DNA of 49,906 nt, taken from contig CAZHPN010000019.1 in the NCBI GenBank assembly GCA_964534375.1, forward strand, positions 1 to 49,906, given 5' to 3'. This DNA is from an uncultured bacterium. Its GTDB lineage: Bacteria; Lernaellota; Lernaellaia; Lernaellales; Lernaellaceae. Below the pieces are notes generated by a model. The model worked only from the letters and a program-made list of their open reading frames with translations, searched no databases and had not been told where the DNA came from. The translations under genes were made by a program, and so were the position numbers. Positions 8,467 to 17,284 of this stretch are shown piece by piece; the first letter of the stretch is position 1, and each line of letters opens with the position of its first letter.

Positions 8467-9182
8467 TTTCGTCTCCTTTTTTGAACGGCTTCTTTTTTCC
8501 AACCGCATTTTTTGATATTTCAAGTTCGGCGCCAGGAAGCGCGGTTCCTGAATGCCGCATAATTTCAAATGCTTATCGGACTACAACAACGCCGTTGCCG
8601 CGCGCAGGCAGGTAAATTCAGCCTGCGCTGTTACATTTCGTGGACGCGCTCGGCTGCCGGTTGCGCATCTCTTCGTTCACGCGCGCGACCGTCGCCGCGC
8701 ACCCCGGCGCTTCACGGCGACGTTCGGCCGACGGCGCAGTCTTCCGGTCGCTCGGCTCACGTTCGCCTTGACGCACGTTTCACGTACTTTGTGCGCACCC
8801 TCCTTTTCGCCGTCGCCGCATTACGCTGGGCCGTATTCCGCGGCAGCCATCGGGACCAACGACGCCGACATCGTTCCCAGCTTCAACGCGATCTCGCCCT
8901 TGGGGGCCGACCTCCTTTCTTTGGGTCCGTCAGAACACAACGCAAACGCGGCGCCAGTTCGCGAAAATCGACAAATACTTGCGATTTCATCCGCTTCGGG
9001 GAATCCGAGGGGGTTACGTGGAAGTTGCTCTCTTGGAATGATTGAAATTGGCACTTACGAATCGTAAGATGCGGAAGCGGGCGCGCATCAATGAGGCCAT
9101 CAGCCGTCGTTTGGAGCGTCCCACCTCATTCGCGTCACGGTCCGATCCGGGTTCGCTCATGACGCACGGGAGGCTTGGCGAG

Positions 9183-9545
9183 ATGAAACTGCTTTTGCTT
9201 ATCGGAATTCCGGCCGTCGTTGCGTTGAGCATCGCGTTGTCGAGCGCCTGCGGCCTTACGCTCGGCGCCAGCGGCGATGACGACGGGTCGCCGGACGACG
9301 ACAGTTCGTCGGACGACGACGACGACGACAGGTACGCCTGCCAGGAAACCTACGACCTGGCGTACGTGAAATGCGAACTCTGGATCGCCGACTCCGCCGG
9401 CAGCGAAATCCCGGAGGACTCGATCATTGCGGCGTGTGCAGCCGGCGTCGCGCCGTACGCTTTGACCGACGCCTGTGCCCAGTGTGTTATCGACAACTCC
9501 GATGATTGCGCGACGATGAGGAATTGCCTGGACCAGGATTGCTAG
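9183..9545 (+). CDS. Small lipoprotein with Asp-rich linker and 8-Cys C-terminal domain
   Basis: GGAGG RBS, signal peptide with lipobox SSAC, DDDGSPDDDSSSDDDDDD linker, eight further Cys. Confidence 0.75.
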   Translation: MKLLLLIGIPAVVALSIALSSACGLTLGASGDDDGSPDDDSSSDDDDDDRYACQETYDLAYVKCELWIADSAGSEIPEDSIIAACAAGVAPYALTDACAQCVIDNSDDCATMRNCLDQDC

Positions 9546-9650
9546 TCCGGCGGCTGATCGCCTTGGGCCGCGGCGGCGATGGATCGCCCGAGAACGGATT
9601 CACGGTATGCCGCTTACGCCCACCGCCTAAGGGGCGTCCACGATCCGGCC

Positions 9651-12011
9651 TCAGCCGCGAATCTTCTTGCGCAGAAAACCGCGGCGGCGCTGATCGGGAT
9701 ACGCGATGCGCTCGTGGTGCATGCCCAGAATGACCTGGGCCAGCGCAATCTCGATGCGGTGGAAATCCGCCGTGGTCAGCGGGCATTCGTCGAATTGTCC
9801 TTCGTCGCCAATATTGGCGATCACCTGATGAATCATCTGTTGCAGCGCCCGCGGATCGCGGTGGTCGATGGTGCGGCTGCGCGCCTCCACCGAGTCGGAA
9901 ATCATGATGATCGCCGTTTCCTTGTTCTGCGGTTTCGGGCCCGGGTAACGAAACGCCGTCTCGTCGACGGCGACGCCGGTTTCGCGCGCTAGCGTCCGCG
10001 CCTTGTCGAGAAAATACGTCACGTACCGCGTGCCGTGGTGCTGCTCGATGAAATCGATTACATCCTGCGGCAATCCGTGCTCGCGGGCGAGTCGCACGCC
10101 GTCGGGCACGTGCGCGATGATCAGGCGCGCCGATTCCGAGGGCGAGGGGATGGCGTCGTGCGGGTTTTCGTCCTTCCGGTTTTCGACAAAATAACGCGGG
10201 TTCATCGTCTTGCCGATGTCGTGGAACATGGCGCCCACCCGCGTCAACAGCGCGTTCGCGCCTGTCGCCTCGGCCGCCGCTTCGGCCAGCAGCCCCAACG
10301 CGATCGAGTGGTGAAATGTCCCCGGCGCCAGACGCGCCAGCGACTTGAGCAACGGGCTTTCGTAATTCGCCAATTCCAGCAGCGAGATGTCGGTCATGTA
10401 GCCGAAAGCCCACTCGAAAACCGGCGCCAGGCCGATCGTCAACAGCGCAGACAGCAGGCCGCCGACGAGGCCCGCGAGCGGCAAGACGACCAGGGCGCCG
10501 AAAGAAAAATCGTCGCCCATCACGCCGAGGATGGACGCCAGGGCCGCAGCGGTCAGGCCGACCAGCAGGCCGCCGCGCCAGAGGTGTCCGCGGGAGCCGG
10601 CGTCGCCCGCTGCGTAGGCGCCGACGATCATGATCAGGAAGATCGTGGCCATGACGGGCAGGGGAGCGTCGGCGGCCAGCGCGACGAGAATCGTCAGCGC
10701 GATGGAAAAGACGAGGCTGATTTCAAAACGCGTCAGCAGCCGTACGAGCATCGTGGGCGCCGCCAGCGGCAACACGAAGAGGAAGAACTGCTCTGGTTTG
10801 AGCGGAAAGACGTCGGCCAGTTGCCGGTCGAACCAACCGGCGAGGCGGACGGCGAAAATGGCGCCGAGCAACAGCAAGCCCATCATGAGCACGTCGCGGT
10901 CGCTGACGGAAACGTGCGGAAAATCGACGCCCGTCAGGCGGAACGAGAGGGCGATGATCGCGAAGATCAACGCCGCCGTGCCGAAAAGGGTCGAGACCCA
11001 GCCGGCGGCGGCCGCGCGCTGGCGAATGGCGTCGAGAACGAGAATCGTCTGCCGCGTAACTGGTTGCCCGTCGCCAATGACGAGTTGGTTCTTTTCGAAT
11101 GCGTACGTGACGGGGACGACCGCGGCCGCGGCCCGGCGTCCGGCGGCGGCCGACGCCGCTGGGCTGAAAACCAAGTTTGGCTTGATCTGAGCGGCGGCGA
11201 TACGGCGCAACGGCTCGCGCACGTCGGGCGGCACATCGACCAACAGCCGCGCCGACAGCGACCGCAGGCGTTCCAGCGCTTCTTGCGGCGTCAGCGCTTG
11301 TTCGGCGGCGATCGTGACGATTTCCGTCCGGCCCGCGGTGCGCAACTCGAGGCGCGCGGGGAAGCGGCGGCCTTCGGCGTCGAGCGCGTGCAAGCGGGCC
11401 TCGAAATCGTAGCTGATGTAATGGGAATAAACGTCGGCGAGCAATTGGGCGGCCAGGTCGGTCAATTTTGCATCGAAGCGCGCGCTCGCCAGCGCCTCGA
11501 AATCTCCGGCCCGGAGGTCGGTTTGCAATTCGGCGACGAACTCCGAGCGGGCGGCGTCAATTCCGGCGCGGGGGTTTTCGGCGGTTTCGCGGCGGCGCGG
11601 CGCCCCATCGGTCGCGCGCGGCGTCGGCGAAGCCTCGCCGGCCGCCGCCGTATGCGCGCGCGCCGCGGCGAACGCGCGCCGAATTCGTTCCGCGGCCGTG
11701 CGGCCGAGGTCGGGGTCGTAATCGAAGATCGGCGGCGTCTCGGCGATCGCCTTGTCCCGGGATTCCGCCGTGGCGCGTTCGTCGACGACGGTGATCGCGA
11801 ACGGGGCGCGGTAGGTCCCGACATGGTAGGCCCCGACGGTGAGCCGCGGCACGCTGCCCAGCAAGCCGGGCGACAGCACGCCGGCGATCAGCAACGCCGC
11901 CAAGCCGGTCCAGGCCCAGCGCCGGCGATGCCGTCGCGCGACCGCACTCTCGGCCCGCCAAAACTCCCGCACCACCGCGAGGAACCGGCCTGTTTGCTTC
12001 GTTTCCGGCAC
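9651..12011 (-). CDS. pgpH: 7TM-HD phosphohydrolase (7TMR-HDED + 7TM + HD), PgpH-type cyclic-dinucleotide phosphodiesterase
   Basis: LLELAN, APGTFHHS, FHDIGK, YFVEN, QHHGT, FRYPGPKP, DSVEA, HERIAYP; extracellular domain and multi-TM region. Confidence 0.9.
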   Translation of the reverse strand: MPETKQTGRFLAVVREFWRAESAVARRHRRRWAWTGLAALLIAGVLSPGLLGSVPRLTVGAYHVGTYRAPFAITVVDERATAESRDKAIAETPPIFDYDPDLGRTAAERIRRAFAAARAHTAAAGEASPTPRATDGAPRRRETAENPRAGIDAARSEFVAELQTDLRAGDFEALASARFDAKLTDLAAQLLADVYSHYISYDFEARLHALDAEGRRFPARLELRTAGRTEIVTIAAEQALTPQEALERLRSLSARLLVDVPPDVREPLRRIAAAQIKPNLVFSPAASAAAGRRAAAAVVPVTYAFEKNQLVIGDGQPVTRQTILVLDAIRQRAAAAGWVSTLFGTAALIFAIIALSFRLTGVDFPHVSVSDRDVLMMGLLLLGAIFAVRLAGWFDRQLADVFPLKPEQFFLFVLPLAAPTMLVRLLTRFEISLVFSIALTILVALAADAPLPVMATIFLIMIVGAYAAGDAGSRGHLWRGGLLVGLTAAALASILGVMGDDFSFGALVVLPLAGLVGGLLSALLTIGLAPVFEWAFGYMTDISLLELANYESPLLKSLARLAPGTFHHSIALGLLAEAAAEATGANALLTRVGAMFHDIGKTMNPRYFVENRKDENPHDAIPSPSESARLIIAHVPDGVRLAREHGLPQDVIDFIEQHHGTRYVTYFLDKARTLARETGVAVDETAFRYPGPKPQNKETAIIMISDSVEARSRTIDHRDPRALQQMIHQVIANIGDEGQFDECPLTTADFHRIEIALAQVILGMHHERIAYPDQRRRGFLRKKIRG

Positions 12012-12307
12012 GCGAACCGCTCCGTATGATCAATTTCTAACCTCAAACGTAATCCGCCGGACCATTCGAGGCCAGAGGCGCCAGTTATTTATATTATGCG
12101 GACCACTCGGATCGCGACCTGGCGCAGAGTGCGAACCACGCCCAAGAAACGAACAGGACGGTGGCGATCCTACGATCGTACGCCGCCCCGCCAAAGTTGC
12201 CCGCCAATCTTGACAGGCAGGACCGGCGAGCGTAGCTATGAAATCGACAATCGCCTTTCCGGTGGCTTTCGGCAGAGTTCGGGGCCGGCTTGAATTTCCA
12301 GCTCGCG

Positions 12308-14395
12308 ATGAAAAAAAATATCGGCGCCTATTTCGCCGGCCGTTGGGGGCGGTCGAAATCCATCGTCGTCTGGGCCGTGTTGACCGCGGTCGGTTTCTTT
12401 TTTTTCATTTTTCGGTTTTTTTCGCCGCCGGCGTTGATCGGCGACCAAACCGCGACGGGCAACGTCGCCGCGGGCTTGGCGGACGGATGGGCGGCTTCGC
12501 CGTGGTCCTACCAATACGTTCACCTTTCGGGAACCGTGTTGTTCGGCGTGTTGCTGTATCCGCTGTACGCCCTGTGCGGCTCATCGTTTTTCTGGGTCAG
12601 CCTGCTCAGCGGTCTGTTTGTCGCCGGCGGCGTGGCCCTGTGGACGTTGGCCGTTCGCCGCGGCTGGGGACCGCGGGCGGCTTTGATATTTTTTCTGTGG
12701 ATTGTGTTCCCGCCGCCGTTTCTGGAGCCGAATTATCATGTGGCGTACGCAGGACACATCGAGAGTTTGTTTTTTTCCGGCTTGCTATTGTTCCTCTTCG
12801 CCCGCCTCGACAAGGATCGACCTGGTGTCGGGGAGACCGCGGCCTTCGGCGCGATCGCCGGTCTGGGTGTTTTTTTCTCGCAGGAAAATCTGACCATTGC
12901 CGCCGCCGCCGCCGTCGCCGCGGTGTGGCGTTGGCGCGGTCGAGGCGCCCGTCGGCTGGTCTGGCCGGGCGCGCTGGCTTTTCTGCTCGGCTACGCGCCC
13001 GGTCTGCTTTCCTACGCCATGCCGTTGCGCTTCTCCGCGGTATATCAGCCCAGCTTGGCGATGAACTGCTGGGCCAAATGGCGCGAACTGTTTGCCTTTT
13101 TTCTTCCCGGTTTCGCCGGTTATTCCGGTCGCGCCGGGGCCGCATTGTCGCTGAGTCTGCCGCTGGTCGCGGCGCTCGGCGCGGTCGCCGCGTGGCGCAA
13201 ACCTACAGGCGGCGAATCGTCGCGCGGCGACAAGATTTGGCTGGCGCGCATCCTGCTGCTGCATTTTGTTTTTTTCGTTCTCGCGTACGGTTTCACCGGC
13301 TGGTCGACGTCGGAAGGAAGACCGTCGCTGGATGCCGGCATGACGCGCTATCTGGCGCCGGTCTACTTCCTGCTTTTTGCGTACGCGACGTTTTTTCTCC
13401 TGCGGCTGGGACGATACGGCCAATGGTTGCTGCTGGCCCCGTTTCTGATCGCGGGTTTGGTCAATCTCGTCTCGGGTACGGACTTCACCGGCGCGGCCGT
13501 CGCCCGCGGATATCGCTATTATCAAGCCCGGCGCGGCGACGATTACCTGGAATATGTGTATTCCGGTCTGCCCCGCGCGTGGACCGATCGCCGCTCCGCG
13601 CTGCGGACCATCGGCCGTCTGCCGCGGCGTTGGCGCGACGACGGCTGCATCAGTCTGGGCGAGCGCCTGACCGACGAAGAATTTCGCGCGGCCATGAGCG
13701 ACGACACATTGCCGGTCGCGGCGCGGCAAGATATCGCCCTCGGCGCCGGGGTCGCGTTTGCGGCGCGGGCCGGTGTGGGCTTTGCGGATCACAACTGGGG
13801 TTCGTTGTTGACCACGCGCTGGTTGCCGCCCGATCGGCCGCCGATCGCCGTTTCGTCGCTGCGCGGGCTGGACGTTGACGTTGCCGGGGCGTTTGTCGCC
13901 GGTTTTGGCCGCGGGCTGGGCGAGCGGAAGACTCGGATGTTCGTCGACGTCTATCTCGGCAAAGAACCGCTGGCGGAACTTCAGGCCGACTTCCGGGCCA
14001 ACGCCGATCTCATCCGCGCTGACTTACCGCAACTGCGCGACGAAGAGTTCCAGTCGTTGCTGCGGCGCGGGACGTCATTCTGGATGGGGCGCGGACTGGG
14101 TCGGGAACTGTTCCTCGGCCGGAACCTCGACCTCAACGAGGCGTTGATCGCCCAAATCGATCGCCTGGGCGAGCGGCTGTGGGCGACGCAAGCGGTCGGC
14201 TCGACGCGCGACGAAATTCGAGAAAATGTGGCCGCGGGCGTCGCCGCCTGGCTGCGGAACGATTACAACCGTTTCCCTTTCGCGGCGCTCGGCGCGGAAT
14301 CCCCGCTGGTCCGCGAGGCGTTGCTCGCGCAAGGAGTCGGCGTGAAACAAACTGCGAATGACGCGGGCGAAGACGAGTTGGAGCCGCTGCCGTGA
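12308..14395 (+). CDS. Polytopic membrane protein, GT-C (ArnT/PMT-like) fold probable, with soluble C-terminal domain
   Basis: About 11-13 hydrophobic segments, loop motif PWSYQY, HIESLFF, RYLAP; paralog of 46416-48494. Confidence 0.65.
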   Translation: MKKNIGAYFAGRWGRSKSIVVWAVLTAVGFFFFIFRFFSPPALIGDQTATGNVAAGLADGWAASPWSYQYVHLSGTVLFGVLLYPLYALCGSSFFWVSLLSGLFVAGGVALWTLAVRRGWGPRAALIFFLWIVFPPPFLEPNYHVAYAGHIESLFFSGLLLFLFARLDKDRPGVGETAAFGAIAGLGVFFSQENLTIAAAAAVAAVWRWRGRGARRLVWPGALAFLLGYAPGLLSYAMPLRFSAVYQPSLAMNCWAKWRELFAFFLPGFAGYSGRAGAALSLSLPLVAALGAVAAWRKPTGGESSRGDKIWLARILLLHFVFFVLAYGFTGWSTSEGRPSLDAGMTRYLAPVYFLLFAYATFFLLRLGRYGQWLLLAPFLIAGLVNLVSGTDFTGAAVARGYRYYQARRGDDYLEYVYSGLPRAWTDRRSALRTIGRLPRRWRDDGCISLGERLTDEEFRAAMSDDTLPVAARQDIALGAGVAFAARAGVGFADHNWGSLLTTRWLPPDRPPIAVSSLRGLDVDVAGAFVAGFGRGLGERKTRMFVDVYLGKEPLAELQADFRANADLIRADLPQLRDEEFQSLLRRGTSFWMGRGLGRELFLGRNLDLNEALIAQIDRLGERLWATQAVGSTRDEIRENVAAGVAAWLRNDYNRFPFAALGAESPLVREALLAQGVGVKQTANDAGEDELEPLP

Positions 14396-14507
14396 CGGGA
14401 AGAACTGCGCCCCGCGGCCCTCAATCCCATAGCGGCGGCGTCATTCGCGCGCTGACGTAGTCCTAGCGAGCGCAAACTCACCGTCGCAAACGTGCAACGG
14501 ACCGTCG

Positions 14508-15473
14508 TTACGCGCCGACGGCAAGCGGTTCTTCGCAGGCCAGCGGACCGAGCGCCAAGTGCGACAAGTAGCGGCAGAACGACTCGTCGATCGCGGGCGG
14601 CCGGCCGAACAACTCGGCCTGCGCCGTCGTATCGGCGACGAACTGGCCCGAGAAAACGTGTTCGAGGGTGGTCCTCAGGTCGTTGACCGACGCGCTGACG
14701 AGGCCGGCGATTTTCGCGCCGCCGTTCAGCAGCGGCCAGGGCAATTTCCGCAGACGGACGAAGCGGCCGAGCGCCCGCGAAAATTCGCCGGCGGCTTCCT
14801 CGGCTGAAAACGGGCGATCCATGCCGATGTCGATCCGCCGGCCCACCGCGCGCGGCTCGTCGATCGCCAGCGCCAGAATGCGCGCCGCGTCCTCGACCAG
14901 AATGCGCGACCACCGAACGTTCGCCGGACCGATTGCGGTCAGCCGACCCTTTCGCAGATCGCGCGCCCACATCTCGACCGGCTTCTCTCCGCCCAAGAGC
15001 CCGCCGGGGCGAATCGAGACAAACGGCACGCCGCTCGCCTCCAGGTAGTCCTCGATGAGTTTTTTCTGCCAGACCCGCGGCGCGTTCGGAGCTTTCTCGC
15101 ACGCGAGAATGCTCGTAAAGACGAACTTCTCAATTTTCGCGTTGCGCGCGGCGTCGGCCAAATGATGATTGCCCAGGTCGTCGACGAGCCCGCTCGGATC
15201 GGCCCCGGGTCGGCGGGAGTAGCCGCTGGCCGTGGTCACGACGGTCCCCACGCCGTCGATCGCGCGGTCGAGCGAACCGCGGTCGAGCAGATCGCCGCGC
15301 GCGATTTCCACGCCTTTCGCCGCCAGCCGGGCGGGGTCCGTGCCCTCGCGGACAAGGGTGCGCACCTTGCGGCCGCGCGCGAGCAACTGTTTGACGACCT
15401 CGCCGCCGAGGTTGCCGGTGGCGCCGACGACCAACACCGGCGCGTCGGCGGATATCATATTTTTCTGCGTCAT
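14508..15473 (-). CDS. NmrA-like / atypical SDR NAD(P)-binding oxidoreductase
   Basis: AAGGAGG RBS; VLVVGATGNLGG Rossmann motif, GDLLD, FVFTS, SIRPG. Confidence 0.88.
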   Translation of the reverse strand: MTQKNMISADAPVLVVGATGNLGGEVVKQLLARGRKVRTLVREGTDPARLAAKGVEIARGDLLDRGSLDRAIDGVGTVVTTASGYSRRPGADPSGLVDDLGNHHLADAARNAKIEKFVFTSILACEKAPNAPRVWQKKLIEDYLEASGVPFVSIRPGGLLGGEKPVEMWARDLRKGRLTAIGPANVRWSRILVEDAARILALAIDEPRAVGRRIDIGMDRPFSAEEAAGEFSRALGRFVRLRKLPWPLLNGGAKIAGLVSASVNDLRTTLEHVFSGQFVADTTAQAELFGRPPAIDESFCRYLSHLALGPLACEEPLAVGA

Positions 15474-15658
15474 CGGAATGCCTCCTTCGCGTCCCATTAC
15501 GCGTCGGCCGGCGGCGACGGTCATCCATCGTTCCGGCCGCCCAGACACTCAAGTTAATGGTTCTTTGCAGGGGATCAACCAGTCCATTTTGCTGGGCCGT
15601 GCACGACGGCCGCGCCTTGGCGCGCCGGCGTGAATTTGTTGTTTCTTTTGACAACTCC

Positions 15659-16780
15659 CTACGGGCACGGGGCCGCGGGCAAAAACACGGCGAAACGGGC
15701 GCCGCCGCCGGCGCGGTTGGCTGCTTCGATGAACCCCTGATGTTGATCGAGGATACGGGCGGTGATCGCCAGGCCCAGGCCGAGGCTGCCCTCTTTGCCG
15801 CTGACAAACGGATCGAAGATTTTTTCGAGCAGCGTCTCGGGGATGCCCGGGCCGCTGTCCTCCACGACGATGCGCGCCATCGGCCGCCGCAGGCGGTCGC
15901 TGCGCGCGCACGACAGGCGCACCTCGCCCCCGGCCGGCATCGCTTGCACCGCGTTGAGGATCAGGTTGACCAGCACCTGGCGAAGTTGGTCTTTGTCCGT
16001 CAGCGCGGCCACGTCTTCGCCGGGCGGCGTCACCACGATTTCGACGCCGCGCTGCCGCGCCTGCGCCGCCATGAGTTCCTTGACCTCGACCAGTTGGCGG
16101 CCGACGGAAACCGGCGCCACGCTGTATTCGCGCGGCCGGGCGAAGTTCAAAAAACGGTCCAGCGTCGTTTCCAGGCGGCCGATTTCGCGCAGCAGCACGT
16201 CGGCCATGCGTCGTTTGGGCGAGTCCGGCGCGATCTCTTCGGCGACGGTCTCGGCCGACCCGCGAATCGACGCCAGCGGGTTCTTGATTTCGTGCGCCAG
16301 ACCGGCGGTGAGTTCGCCCAACGATTTCAGGCGCTCGGACCGCAGCAGCATCTTTTCCATTTGGTCTTTTTCGGCCAGCGTGCGGCGCAACTGCTCGGCG
16401 GCCGCCTGCTGCTTGGCGCGTTCGGCGAATTCGCGATTCGCCAGCACCCCGGAGACGCCGGCGAAGACGAAGTACAGGAGGATCTCCAGAACCTTTTCGA
16501 GAGTGTCGGCGGGATCCTGGTGATGGACGTGCAGGAAGGCGTGCGGCGTGTACAGCGCCGTCGCGAGCGCCGCAGCGCCCAACGAGCCGCGCAGGCCGTA
16601 GGCGAAGGCGCCCAGGATGATCGGCAGGTAATACAGCCGCCGCAGCACATCGTGCAGCCACGCGAGATCGGCGCTCGCCGCGTAGTGCACGGCGCTGATT
16701 GCGGCGATGGGCGCCCAGATCAAGACAAACGCCCGCGCGGAAACCAGATCGCGGGGCGTGGCGCGGCGTTCGCGAAGCAT
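15659..16780 (-). CDS. Membrane sensor histidine kinase (His-rich TM input, HisKA + HATPase)
   Basis: H-box LAHEIKNPL, N-box NLILNA, G boxes DSGPGI and GLGLAI; N-terminal TM bundle. Confidence 0.92.
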   Translation of the reverse strand: MLRERRATPRDLVSARAFVLIWAPIAAISAVHYAASADLAWLHDVLRRLYYLPIILGAFAYGLRGSLGAAALATALYTPHAFLHVHHQDPADTLEKVLEILLYFVFAGVSGVLANREFAERAKQQAAAEQLRRTLAEKDQMEKMLLRSERLKSLGELTAGLAHEIKNPLASIRGSAETVAEEIAPDSPKRRMADVLLREIGRLETTLDRFLNFARPREYSVAPVSVGRQLVEVKELMAAQARQRGVEIVVTPPGEDVAALTDKDQLRQVLVNLILNAVQAMPAGGEVRLSCARSDRLRRPMARIVVEDSGPGIPETLLEKIFDPFVSGKEGSLGLGLAITARILDQHQGFIEAANRAGGGARFAVFLPAAPCP

Positions 16781-16794
16781 GCGGGTCCTACGCG

Positions 16795-16828
16795 AAAGTC
16801 CCCCAGCGCCCCAGCCGGGGCGCCGGGG
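16795..16828 (-). terminator. GC-rich hairpin after the YHS gene; probable leaky intrinsic terminator
   Basis: Minus strand CCCCGGCGCCCC-GGCT-GGGGCGCTGGGG (12-bp stem with one G-U pair) followed by GACUUU. Confidence 0.5.
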
Positions 16829-16836
16829 AGGCGACG

Positions 16837-17112
16837 CTATTTCTTGCCGAGATACTTAGCCGGATCTTTGTCGAACGAGGCTTTGCAGCCGGCGCAACAG
16901 AAGTAGTAATACCGGCCCTGGTATTGCGACGAGGGCGTTTTGTCGTCGATTGTGAAGGCGGAATTCATCACGGGGCAGGTTGCCTTGACGCCCGCCGCCT
17001 GGGGCTTGTCGAAACTCGTCGGCGGTTTCGCCGCGTCGTCGGTCGCGAAGGCGACGGCGGCGACGGCAAACGCGGTCGCGGCGATCAACATGACAATCAG
17101 TGTTTTCTTCAT
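16837..17112 (-). CDS. Exported YHS-domain protein (putative metal-binding)
   Basis: AGGAG RBS, signal peptide, CPVM...YQGRYYYFCCAGCKASFDKDPAKY. Confidence 0.9.
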   Translation of the reverse strand: MKKTLIVMLIAATAFAVAAVAFATDDAAKPPTSFDKPQAAGVKATCPVMNSAFTIDDKTPSSQYQGRYYYFCCAGCKASFDKDPAKYLGKK

Positions 17113-17172
17113 CGTTGGCTGTCTCCTGTGGTTGCGATGTTCAATCGCGCCAATCGTAGCGGGCTGAGAATA

Positions 17173-17188
17173 TGCAACCGGCGCGCCA
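17173..17188 (-). promoter_or_regulatory. Sigma54 (-24/-12) promoter for the YHS gene
   Basis: Minus strand TGGCGCGCCGGTTGCA = GG-N10-GC with TTGCA, about 60 nt upstream of ATG 17112. Confidence 0.7.
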
Positions 17189-17284
17189 AAGTCAAAAACG
17201 CTGGAAAATCGCGGCCGGGCCGGTTTGGGGCGAGAAACGGCGACGACTTGGCGGAGAATAGTCGACAACAATTGCGAGGATTCG

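Noticed and set aside
12210..12239. TTGACA upstream of the GT-C-like gene as a sigma70 promoter
   Set aside because: The -10 at 17 nt (TAGCTA) is a poor match.
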